Source: Schizochytrium sp. TIO01 (lineage: Eukaryota > Protista > Bigyra: Labyrinthulomycetes). From it: a stretch of DNA of 64,000 bases. The position numbers and the translations under genes were made by a program. The stretch spans positions 1,240,001-1,304,000 of the forward strand of contig SMSO01000025.1 of NCBI GenBank assembly GCA_004764695.1, given 5' to 3'. A model generated the notes under the pieces. The model was not told the DNA's origin, did no database searches, and worked only from the letters and a program-made list of their open reading frames with translations. This document shows positions 35,303 to 47,880 of this stretch, one piece after another (position 1 is the first letter of the stretch; the number at the start of each line of letters is the position of its first letter).

Positions 35303-37125
35303 CTTGGATGCTATGTGTATTATGTATGAATGAATATATGTGTGTGTTGTCTGATGTGATTGATTGATTGATCTGATATAATTTGCGGTGTTCAGAAATC
35401 CCAGAGATACTACCTACACCAGGAAAGGAATACTGATCTATAGAGCGCCCGTTGCGTTTGCGTAGGGCTGCGTCTGGTCGGGTGTTTGCTGGTTTGCTCC
35501 AGCTGAATTTGGGGTTTGCTGCTAGCCTCACGCCGGCGCACCTTCCCTTTTTAGCTTCTTCTCTTTATCTGAATTCTGTTCAAAGTCTCTGAAAAAACTC
35601 GCAACTCGTCTCACAGGGCTGAATCGCCACATCTCGCAATCGCTAGGACTCCCTAGCCGCCCGCTAACCCACAAGCGCTTTCAACATTCTTTTTAACCCC
35701 CGTTCGCACAGAGGGTACAAGGTGGCAATCTTTCCAATTTCGCCCAGAGGGACTGTGAGGAAGGAGAAGGGCCTCAAAGGCCGCAGAGAGGGCCCTCTTC
35801 GGCTGGCGATTGGTCCATTTCCTCGCACTCCGAGGTGCAGAGAGCGGCGGCTTCGCTCCCTTTAAAGCATCTCTCCGAGCGATTCTATCCACCCAAATGT
35901 GCGTTTCGTGGGCTCTCTGCCACTAAAAGCAAATTCATTTATTTATCGACTTTTATTTGATCATGAAAACCACACAAACAGTACAAAGCCAAAAACTTAT
36001 GGTCGAAACTAGTAATGAAAAAAGAAAAGAAAAAAGAAAAAGAAAAAAGAAAAAGAAAAAGAAAAAGAAAAAAAACAGAGGGAAACCAAGTTAGTTTCTT
36101 TCTTCTTCCTCCGCAAATACTTCCTTTTAGTGAGGGGGGCAGGCGCTCTTCCTTCCTGCGCGCGCATTTCCCCATCGCCAGTGGAGAGCGAATCTTCTCT
36201 CACACGCGGTTCGGGCCTCATGCACTCCTACCGCGACGCCTACCGCGACGCCTACCGGTGCCTCACGGACTTAGCGTCGTGCTCCAACTTTCTCGACAAC
36301 TCCTTCTTCTCCATATCTTCGTTCTGACGTACCTTTTTTCTTAGTTTCCTTTTTGGTAAAGAAAGTATTTTCCCAAAATGAGATGAAACCAGAAAAGACA
36401 ACCTGAAGTTTTAGAAAACCAAATAAAACTTCGTTTCGTCAGCCTGCATTCATGAACGAACTCATGAGTGCCGCTCTGCTCCACGTCGGAAACCGATTCG
36501 CGGAGTTTCAATCTGTTCGAAATCACAGCGACTTTGCAGATGACCAATTCATTCATGCGTTCGTTCATTCATTCATTTCATCGACCAATCGATTCATTGG
36601 ACACTGAGATATGATTGTATGGGGTGGAGACGGCTCGTGCCTGTCCAGACAGTGAAGTAGGAATAAAGCGTATAGGGTGGTAGCAGTGCCACCCTACTCT
36701 AATCTATAGCAATGCGCCTCAGCCTTAGCCACTGCCTAAGCAGGTGCTACCAGGTGATTCTTTTTTACTTTAGTCACTACGCCTAGGTTCTATGACTTAA
36801 GGAACTTCGATTATTTTAGCAGTTCAATTTGAAAAAAATAAAATTAAAAAAACTTTCGATTTTGATGAAGAAAGAAAGAAATTGAGATTAAGAAAGGCCC
36901 CCGCAAACGTTAGGAACGTCGGTGTCGCACATCGCGTGTCCACAATATCAACTTCGCGAGCCTTAATGTTGCCTCGCAGAGAGGATAAGCGCGGCTCGTG
37001 GCAGCTCGATTCTCCGCCGTTCGTCTGGAGGACCGCTCTACAAGATTCGAGGCCGACGCAAGGTCGTATCGCTTGCGGAAGCTCACCAGTGGCCCACCCT
37101 ACATCATGTGACACAATGAATGACA

Positions 37126-37209
37126 CAATGAATGAACGAACGAACGAACGAACGAATGAATGGATGGATGAATGAATGAATGAATGAATGAATGAATGAA
37201 TGAATGAAT
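37126..37209. repeat. Compound (GAAC)/(GGAT)/(GAAT)n microsatellite
   Basis: Read directly from the sequence. A similar GAAT-rich tract lies at about 39208-39300. Confidence 0.9.
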
Positions 37210-40200
37210 CCCTTTCTAAATTCTGTGCTGTCGCTTTCAGGTTTGACAAGACATCCACTTTGACAGACGTTTATACAGTTTGACGGACAATTGGCATTTC
37301 AGGCCATCTCGAAGTGCTCGTGGCTGACGGTTTGGAGGGGAGAGCTAGGAGTTTATTCTCTCTCGTGGAGCGGGTTGCTTTGGCTTTTTTTAATCGCCAA
37401 GGTCCCAACTTCTGGCCACGCCACGAAAGGATGCAATCTCCAACTCGAAGCAATCGGCGTTGGAATCGTTTCCACCGATCAACTGTACGCTTTGACGGAA
37501 TCCCTTTCCAGTATTGCACATAACAATACAATAAACAACGCAAACAAGCAGGCAGGCAGGCAGGCAAGCAAAAGCCTTCAACCCACTCACCATGCTTCCA
37601 AAGGGTCTGGTCTGCGAAACGCATTTTTGCCGGCAATGCGGCGGAGAAGATTCGAAGGTACCCACGCGTCTTCTCGGCCGCCTCCCGAGGCCTTCATTTC
37701 GCATTCGCTTCCTTCAACGCACACGCCGCCTTGGAATGCGTGCTTTGCTTCTCTGTAATCCCCTGCGGCTTACAGCCCATTACTCCTAAACATGCACCCA
37801 TTGATTCATTGATTCATTGATTCATTCTGTTCATTTGTCCAAAGTACGAGTCGCCGCTTCTCCGTAAGCCAGCCAGCCAGCCAGCCAAGCAAATGCCCCG
37901 AGCGTCTCGCAGAAACCCAGGGTGGCGCGGCGCAGGCCGCTCGTCTCGGCGAGACCTTGGCACCGCCGCGGTGCGAGTTTCTCGAGGCGGCACGGCGGAG
38001 GAGGTGTCGATGCGAGAATTGTGATGTGCAGTGCAGTGCAGTGCGATGCGATGCGATGCGATACAATCCAGCGAAGTGATTTTCCTTTAAGTAATCTTTT
38101 ACATCATATCACACGTTTAGTGTTTTTTTAGTTTAGTTAAAAGTAATATGTGCCAAGCACTTGGAGCACAATAATAAGAGCATGGAGTGAGTGAATGCAT
38201 CGACTCGTGAACTGCAATCGATGGACTGCAATTTCGTACTCTTGATAGCAACAGGCGGCACATCAGTCAAGAATGCTATTGCTCTTCGCCTGCTCGTTTG
38301 AACAGAGAGAGAAAAGGACCGACAGGCCGCCGGTCTGAGCATGGCTGTCTTGCGCAGCTTTGCTTTTATGCGTCCTCTCCTTGAGATTAGGGCTTCAAAA
38401 CCACGGACACATCCATAAAATACAATCCAGTCCATACAAACAATCAAACATATACAAAAACCATTCATCCTTCGATTAGAAATCCCGCTCAGTTGAAAAG
38501 AGGAGAAAGGAATGGTCGCTAAGAGGGTTTATATGGGTACTCTTTCGTTCTGTCATGCATGCCAATATACCCGTCTGTACACGATCCTCCATTTATTCTT
38601 TAAATTAAAATCAATTTTATACTATTAAAAAGTGCCAAACCAAAGCAGTATCGTTATTTTTTAATTTGAAATAAATTTCACTTTTTAATACTAGCTAGTC
38701 ATAGCAGTAATAGCAATAATGGTAATAATGAAACAAATCAAGACGCACTGTTTTTTTGAACAAAGTGAGCGCATTCGTGAAGTGCGCCAAAAGTGCCTTC
38801 TTGCCACATCTTCGAGTCCACTAAAATGCTCATGCGCACTCAATTCGAGTGAATTGAAGCAGCATCCATCCGATGGCCTAGCTCGAGCTGCGCCCTTTTG
38901 GAGAATAAGCGCGGCACGAATCCACGCTCGAACAGTTAATTTACCAGGCAGCAGGCGTGCCTATGCATCATCCAGTTTTATAGCTGGATACTACGCGAGC
39001 CCTGACTTACTAAACTAAACTGAAAAAAAGCTCTCTCTAAAAGACCTCGAACGAACCGCCGCAGCTCAGGCTTTGCTTTACAGCGGATTGGTACCTATGA
39101 TGTATCTGTGCGACTATCTATTTGCTTTCTTTCTTCGTCTGTTCACTCGTCTAAAGGTCTGAGCGAGTTTTAGAGGAATGCCATGCTCATGAACTCGAAT
39201 GTGTCTTTGAATGAATGAATGAATGAATATATGAATGAATGAATGAAGGAATGAAGGAATGAAGGAATGAAGGAAGAAATGAGGGAATGGATGCATCTTT
39301 AAATGAGTGAAGACTGAGCGAATAAATAAATGAAGAATGCGTGAACGAAGAAATGGGTAAACGAGTGAGTGAATAAATGAATATGCGAGTAAACCGTTCG
39401 TTTCAAGAATGTGACATTCATTCCCAAAGGAGGTTATAAGCAGAAGCACAACCTAGCTACAGCTAGCTACCCAGCACTTAACAGAAGCATATAAATTAAA
39501 ATATTAAATTAAATTAAATTAAATTAAAAAACAAACAAAGCAAAGCAAACTTTTTTCCTTTCATAAACAAACAGGTAACAAAACAGAACAAAACAAAACC
39601 TCCTTCGAGGCCACGAGCGGCGAATCTTGTCTGCGTTGCCCGGGCCGGCCGCCCTGCTGCCTCCCTGCCTCCGCAGAGCTCTCTCGCCGGAGCCGCGGCG
39701 CCTGTATTCTCGAGCCTCGTCTCGCCCAGGAAGCCGCGACCGCTTCGTCTCGCCCGCCGAGACAGAGAAAAAGCGCGGCGCCGGACGATCCCTGAATTTT
39801 CAGGTGATGGCCTCGCCGGCGCCTGCACCCACACTGCCCCTCTTTGACCGCACGCGCACATACTACAGGGGGGTACACCAGACCCGCAACAAGATTCGCT
39901 CCCCTCTGCGAAGGCGATTCTCCACTGGGCCACGGGGTGGCGCAAAGACCCAGAGTACACCCCAAGAGGCGAGAAGGGCCATGTCACACGCGTCTCGCCA
40001 CCCTTGGAAATCACCCTAGAGCGCAGTGGCTGCTGCGTTTTAGCACTGCCTAAAGGCAGGAGGGCCTCGAGGAAGGCGCCGAGGCGGCCTGGGAACGGCG
40101 CCTTTCCAGCGGCCGGCAGCTGCTTTTGGGGCCCTTGCGGAGAGCTTTGGTGGCGCAGGGAGAAGTAGATGAAAGAGGGGGCTGAGGGGCACGCGGGACC

Positions 40201-40336
40201 TTCGTGCCTGGCCGCCCATTTCGTTTGCACCATTTGTTTGAGCTGTCGTTTGTTTTCTGTTTTCTGCTTTTGAAAATTTGCTTTTGAAATTTTGTTTGGA
40301 ACATGCGGCGTGAAAATTGAAACCGCATGAATTGGT

Positions 40337-40418
40337 TTCATTTCATTTCATTTCATTTTTTCATTTCATTGCATTGCATTTCATTTCATTTCATTTCATT
40401 TCATTTCATTTCATTTCC
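40337..40418. repeat. (TTTCA)n pentamer repeat
   Basis: Imperfect TTTCA/TTGCA run. Confidence 0.85.
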
Positions 40419-40636
40419 ATGGTGTTCCGTTTCCACCCGTTTGGCTTCTTCGCCAGACTTGAGTGGACCTGGAGCCATTGACGGCTTATCTGAAGACGCG
40501 TCGATCCTACGCTCCAAGTTTGCTTTGCGTATCCAAGCGCAGCGGAGAGAATGCTATTCTCAGAAGCCTTGTGCTGCGGACTTCACGGTCGTGTTTGAGC
40601 ACGTGATGAGATCTATTCTGGGAGCTCAAGCAGAAG

Positions 40637-40732
40637 AAACAAACAAACAAACAAACAAACAAACAAACAAACAAACAAACAAACAAACAAACAAACAAAC
40701 AAACAAACAAACAAACAAACAAACAAACAAAC
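40637..40732. repeat. (AAAC)24 microsatellite
   Basis: Perfect AAAC run of 96 bp. Confidence 0.95.
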
Positions 40733-41580
40733 AAATACAAAGATCAAGATGAGTTTAGTTTAATTTATTCTCAAAGGTGGGTAGTATCTCTCCCTATCTA
40801 TCAATCTATCAATCAATCAACCAATCTCTCTCTCTCTATCTATCTATCGATCTCCAAATCGTTCGCATTCGCCGACTCGAGCCACGAGACTCACGGCAGA
40901 GTTCATCTCTCTCCAAGATTCGATTTGGCCTCGCTCGAGGAAAGAGAATAACGAAGTGCTCCGGAGATCGATCGCATCGCACCGCCATCGCCATCGCCAT
41001 CGTCATCGGCATCGCCACCATTGCCATCCGAAGCGAGTGAATGAGTGAGCGAGTGAGTAACTAAGTAAGTGATTAATCGGCGGCTTCGAGCTTTCAGATG
41101 GATGTGAGGATGAGCTGTCGATTCTCTGCTCTGTCTCGCGCAAAGCAGAGACCTCTGAATGTATGGACTCGCGAAGTCCCTCAAGAACAAGTTCAGGAGG
41201 AAGCTATGCACCAAAGGCGCGCATTTGCTCCATTAGCCTCTCCTCACAACCTTATCTTTGCATCCTTTTAACATTCTTTGTTTTGCCACTGGTTTACATG
41301 TATCAATTTTATAACTTTGTAATGTTTAATCTTAAAAATAAATAAACTGTAAAATAAAATAAACGATCGTTAAAACTGGAATGTTTTATGGAATAAAAGG
41401 AATGATGATAACGGAGACTCTTATGGAGCGATCAAACAGCAGAAAGGTCGCCTGAGTATCGATGCCGTGGGAAGCCCATGGAGAGGCCGCGTAGCAGGCA
41501 GGCGAGTGCCCTGATCGTTTTATGCCGTTGCCTCAAATCCGCCGCCTGGCTCAGGCTAGCAACTAAGCTGGCGACGCAAG

Positions 41581-41618
<38 letters not shown>
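41581..41618. repeat. (TGTC)n microsatellite
   Basis: About 9 perfect units. Confidence 0.9.
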
Positions 41619-41619
<1 letters not shown>

Positions 41620-44600
41620 TACTGGGGTTATTTATTTGAGGAGTTATTTTTGTTATTTTCGCCTCAACTCGCAATTATGCACTCTCTTTTGGTGACAGGA
41701 ATTGGAGTGAAGCCGCAATCGGGCTACAAAAGGGCAGCTTGTTTGCATGCTTTGCTTGCTTGCTTGCTTGTTTTGCTTGATTGTGTGCGTGCTACAAAAG
41801 GACATGTATGGATCACTCTCTCGAGCGAGTGTAGTCGAAAGCGAGAGGTTCCACCCTAAAGCAGCAGCTCAAGGGTGGCGAGCCGCTCTTGACCTACGAG
41901 TCTGTAGTAAAGGTGCACCCTAAGAGGGACTGACTGCAATGCAGTAGAATGCAATAGAAGTCTATGGCACCTGGATCGACAAAGAAAGGGTGTGCGACGA
42001 GAGGGTGGATTTGCATGGACTTTGATGACTGTAATTTAATGCTCAACTTATGATGATTGTTTTCAACACGTGAACAAATCCCTTGCGTTGGAAAAGATCG
42101 CGGGTCGAAATCTTTCGAGGGATCACATGTCGCCAGCGAAGAACTCGCGGAGGTTGATAACATCTGCCTACCCTCTTCTGCCTGTCTGTCTACCCACTCG
42201 AATTGTTTGCTGCAGGGGTTACTGTGTTCAAGGTTCTTTGGGGGTCGAGGCTTGTTAAAAGGATTTTTGTTGAGCCCTGGTTGTTTTTTTGTTTGTGTAC
42301 CTAGTTTTTTAATGGGAAATCCGGTTTGGCTCAAAGACATCAGAGGAGGAGGATTGGTGTGAGATTTGATAGTCTTATTCTGGCTGCTGGCAACTTGGTT
42401 CTTTTCAAAGCTGCTTGCTTGATTAATTGATTGATTGATTGTTTATTGATTTAATTAAAAATTCTATTTTTCTATTTATTTAATTCTATTTGTTTGTTTT
42501 GGCTGCTTCTTCATCCTTCCCTCCCTACATGGCTACGACCCTCCTAGTGCTACACTCCTTGAAACTTCAACTTGCCACCTCATTGGACTCACGCTCGAAA
42601 CTTACACAAAGAGAATCTTCTCCAACTCGCACTCTGCGAATGAGCAAATCTTCTGAAAAGTGCATCCAAACAAACTAGCAAAGAGAAACAGCCTCCCTCA
42701 AGAACACCTGAATCAAAGAAGAAGAAGCAATGAAACAGAGGCAGCCTTTATTTCGACCCAAACTACAGCGACCCGTGCTTGGCATCTCAAACTTATTTTG
42801 TTGAGGCTATAACTTGAAGCTTGTGAGGATTGCTCACCTCAAGATCGGCAGTTGTAGTGCTGCACAACCAACCGCAACTTACTTTATATAAACAAGCAAG
42901 CAAGCAAGCAAGCAACCCACCAACCAACTACTGCGAAGAAATGTCCAAGATAGTAAATCGCTACTAAAGCTGCACCTTGCTTGATAATAGATTGATGCTT
43001 TCGCAACAGGAACTGGGTTGAGCCAACGACTTGTGTCAACGCCGACGCGGAGGAGGTCCAGTCGCATTGCACCATGACTGTTACCCAAAAATTGCGCCTG
43101 CGTAGACCACTCTTAGTGCGAGAGAAGTTAAAGCTTCAAGAGTAAGTAAAGTCAAGAGGTGCGAGATCAAGAAAGATCGATACTAAACTATACATGTGTA
43201 CACTCGGATCAAAAGTTAACGTGCAAACGTCTATAACCGCTGCCCGTGCACGACAACGCATGGGGACGACTTCAACTGACGTGGGTCTCAGCCACAGCTT
43301 TCGTGCTAATGTTTTGGCCGACTCAATATACATGCTTTTGACAACGAAATATAACTCGTTCATACATGCAGACTGACTGATTCCTGTCGTGTTTGCTGGC
43401 TGGTTTCCCTTCGAGACGATGTATGTCTTAGGGTGGCTCTTTGCTCTTCACACCTGACCTGGACGTAGATTTCATCGTCATGAACAGGACGAGCGGTTCA
43501 GCGATTACTGACCACTCAGACTCTGCGTGAAAATTGAGTAGTTATTCTTTAGGTTCAGTCAATAAAGGGCGTTGCCGTTGATTTGATGATTGATGTGATG
43601 AGTTCCAAGCTGTATCAGTTTGAAAGACTCGCACAGCTGTTGGCGCATGCGTTCACTCAAATACGTTATGGTTCGTAATCCTCTGACGCAGCGCTGCGTC
43701 TTCTAACTTAAGAAAAGACAAATGCTAGAAAATAACATGGATATGAATATTGCGGAGCCGTGTTTGTCGATATATGCATTTCTAGGAAGCGACCTTGATG
43801 TACAGATATTTCACCCTACTGAATTCTCCTAGCCCCGTCTCTGAGCCATTATTAAACGTAGCTTGACAACTATTTTCCGCCATTAGATCGATTGAATAAC
43901 AGTTAATGAAAATTTTACGTTTTTTAACTGATTTTGAAAAAGGCTGGGGATCACGATGTTCGATGTTCAAAGGGATCAAGGATTTGCAATGAACCCTAAG
44001 CTGATGCTGTATCAAATTAACGGACGCTCTCAGATGAGTGGGACAGTTTTGAGTCTCGCTCTGAATATCTTAGTTGTTTGCGCCACCTCCTCCACATTGG
44101 TGGTATTCACTAATAGTTTTCCATTAAACCTGAGTGGGGGTTTATTGAAAGTACATGAAGAAAGAACTTACGTTGGGTTTTGTCTTTGACAGATTTTGCA
44201 TCTTGTCTCGAAGGCTAGAGTAGAGAAATTAAAAATCTTCAAACGGTTTGATTTTAAAAAGCAAACTGCATCCTTCTTTGCTTCGTTTTCCACTTTTAGA
44301 CATTTTAAAAAATAGAACATGTTTGCTTTTCTAATTTCTTTTTTGAAGTGGCGAGGGAGGGGATCAAATCATTATAAAACTCCACAACTCTGTAGGGGGG
44401 CAACCAAGCTGTCACCTAACGCATGTCCTCTATTCTCAGAGAAATGTTCACTAGAGGTTGCTCGCAATATGCAACGCTGGATACAGAATCAAAAATATAA
44501 CATCCTTAAATATTAACTATTTTGAATGAATGCACATAAAGCTTATGTGACCTTTCATTTGCAACATTTTAGATTGCCCTCACTCTTCTATTCTATAATT

Positions 44601-44653
44601 TTGACCTAGTCTGAATTCCACATAGAAGCCTTCACAAAACCATCGCTATCACA

Positions 44654-45860
44654 TCAGATCTCAGGATCAAGGACAGATTGGTTTGATCTCCTCAGTCGTA
44701 TACTAGCAGTACGGTGAATGGAGTTGTGGCTCTGCGAAAAGGTTGCAAAAGATCGTGTTCGTTCTGCGGACGCAAGCAATGGCTCAGACGAGCTCCCACC
44801 ACCTTGGCTCAAAGATGCATCGCGTAGATTTTCAAGGTCTATCGAAGCTGATCGTGAGTTTTGTGGACCTTCCTCATCTACTACCCGCTCATCATCCAGT
44901 GATCCAATGCGAAATTCACGCACAGACTCCGAAGTCCGTGGACTCGTCGTAGACTGGAGGGGAAGTACCTGATCTGCAGCTTCCGCAGGGCAGCCATCGT
45001 CTGTATCATTATCACCCTCCTCCTCTTGGTTATCAGTATAGTCTGGATGTCCGTAGAGGCGGGGGCCATACCGAAGCACCAATACAGATAAAAGAGAACC
45101 GAAGATGCTTGGTACGTACAATCCTCCACCCGCAGCAAGACCAGTTGCAGCAGAAATCCAAACACCAGCAGCAGTTGTTAAGCCTCGAACGGCATGCCGC
45201 CCTTCATCAGTTTGGCCCTTCCACACAATTCCTGAGCCAAGAAAACCAACACCACTGTTTCGTTCGAAAGTCAGCACGGATTTTGACAGTTCTGTCAGTT
45301 CTTCGCTTGCCCTTTTGTCAACATCCTTGAAAGTTTATAGTGCAATTCGCTTACCTTGGGATAGCTGCGCTCACGCGAGACGCGTCCCAGTTATTCCACC
45401 CGTTTGTAAATGCCCATGTACCACATATTGTGAAGAGACAAGCTCCAAGTGAGGCCAGGCTCATCGTGCGGATGCCTGCGGGTCGATCTGCAGACCTGCG
45501 CTCAAATCCAATCATCGCTCCCGAGAACACAGCAATTGCCATACGACGACCCAGATCTGCCTCGATAAGATTCATGCCGAGAAGGAACCACCGGCGTACA
45601 AGACGCTCCGTATCTGCAATGTATCCTGGATTGTGCCAAACAACCTTAGCTGTCTCATTGTTGAAGTGCGTGTGTGCCAAAGTGTAGTCCATAGCGTCAT
45701 CCAAGGATGCTCCGCATCCCTTTTCTGAATCCACCATTAACCTACAAATGGGATTCGCAAACAATGAGAAAAACGTCAGGAGCAGCGCAGTCACCAGAAC
45801 TAAGACCTCAAAAATCTTGTCCCTGGCATCTTCAACCTTACTAATCTTGATGGGCGCCAT
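44654..45860 (-). CDS. MgtC/SapB family membrane protein (two exons, 368 aa)
   Basis: Exon 1 is 45860-45355 (GAMIGFERRSADRPAGIRTMSLASLGACLFT, DASRVSAAIP). The 100-nt intron is 45354-45255 (GTAAGC...GCTGAC...ACAG). Exon 2 is 45254-44654. Splicing restores IPSGVGFLGSG, followed by VRGLTTAAGVWISAATGLAAGGG. Confidence 0.9.
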
Positions 45861-47880
45861 GATTCTCTAGTAGTCGGGTCCCCTTCTCAACAACCACGTT
45901 CCTCTGGGTAATGGCCGTCTAGGACGCGTCCTCCCACCCACGTAGGTGGGACCGCTGACCCTTAACTCACGTTGATCTGGCCTTGGGTTGGAGGAATGCA
46001 ATTGAATTGCAAAGGCCATAAATCAAGATGGAGCGCTGACCCATTGACCTTGGTTGCTTCAGTGTGCTCGCTCAGCGAGGCCCAAGATTCGATCCATGTT
46101 TACCTATTTATGCGTCGATACTGAGATATGAAGTAGACTTTTACCCATAATTGCGATGAAAACTGTACTACAAATTCGGTACGATGGACGGATGCTTGAC
46201 CACACCAAACCACACACCAGACCACACCAGTCATTCTAGCCCATCTGAAGAAAACTCACATTTAATTAAAGAGCAATGCGGTAGTGCGTAGATCCTATGA
46301 CTATATTTACATCCTAAATCACAAAATAAGAAATAGACGTTACAGATTTATATTCTTCCTCTTAGGAATCCTGAAGGTAATCTAAAGTACCGTTTCACGA
46401 CAACAGAGAGAATGAGAATATACCCGCGAAGGAGAGCGCGCGGAAGCGGACATGTGCCCAATTCTTGTCCCTGGCTATTTGCGCGGGGACGAACTAATAA
46501 GCTGAATAGTCGAAACGCACTTCTAGAGCAAAATACAGTTATACTTGAGCTGCGTAATTTCTAGGGCCTGAGCTCTTGAGTCTATTGCGCAAATGTCTTC
46601 ACAGAAAATTGCTGCAGTTTTACAGCTATGGCCTAGAATAATATCTACATATCGCACGATAAGCTTTGGGGTGTCTCCTACAGAATGAACCTATGCAATA
46701 TGTACGGCGTAGCTTTCTTGAGGTAACTTGAGGAATTTCATCTTTCTTGTTTCTTTTTTAGAAATAGAATGTCTATACCGGAAGAACAAATGACAGCAAA
46801 GGGGGAAGGGGGGTAGACACTACATACGAACCTCACGCATGACTTTCAACAAACTGAAGCCTGCTTAAGCTGAAACATCCATCACCAGACAGACTTCCAT
46901 GACCTAAACTTTACCATGCTCGTTTCTTTGTATGGTTAGCACGCTATAAATCACCAGCAAACTGTGCAGCACTGTTACATGGCATGGAGAGAAAAACTGG
47001 CTAGACCCTAAAACAGAGAAGTTTTACACGGATTCAATTCTCATCATCAAAGGTCGCATTAACAATCAGCACATAAAGAATTCCCCCCAAGTTAAAAAAA
47101 ATTGTGATCTGCAATTAGAGATCAGTGAATTTCTATGAGAAAATCAGATGAAAGATCCGTTAGGGGATAGCCTTCTTTCCTGAAGCATTGTTTTCCCGTT
47201 CTTCTTTCAAACTTTCAAGCTTTCACCGTCCTCTATTTTACAATGTATGCAGAAACTAGCACAGAACAGCTAGAATGCGATTGAATCGGTGCTTCTGCAA
47301 CAGGTGCAAGAAAGAATGAGTGAGATATGATGACAATAAAACCATATTTTAGCCCAAATACCCTCCTCTCATAAAGCAAAGAGCTCAGGCTGGCTTGGAG
47401 TGCGGACGCCTCGTTTAGATTGCGCTGAACAAACGTCCTTGCCAGTCAGCGTTTTCATTTTCATCATTAGTACCTCTTTTTTTCAGACGAGCACTCCAGA
47501 CACACTCTCTCCTGTCTCTTCTCAGGTGCATTGCAACGATGCACTTCTTCCTGAAAGTTCCAACAGAGAAGTTGAACCGCCATACTATATAGAGCAAAAA
47601 CCGCTGCTGTGCGGGTTCTTCTGTGAATAAAAAACTATTCTAGGCCATATGTGTTGAACTACTACGACCTACCACCTAGTTTGGCTTAGGATAAGACAAA
47701 ACGCCACAACCTAAAGAATAAAAACGGATTTTGGCTTCCAGTCACTTTGGTATTCTGCGACCAGTTGGTATTTTCGAAGTTTTCACGTTTCAGTAAAAAG
47801 GCTTTGTGCCAAACCAGAAACTTGAGGTCACGCTCTCCCTGTGCAGAACCAACCTGCAAGGGTGGTGTTCATCTGGGAGA

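Noticed and set aside
33668-35329. 553-aa ORF antisense to the Na/Pi transporter
   Set aside because: It is a shadow ORF produced by the strong codon bias of the real gene and has no recognisable motifs.
39514-40341. 275-aa minus-strand ORF
   Set aside because: It spans a GC-rich island flanked by repeats, and the translation is not protein-like.
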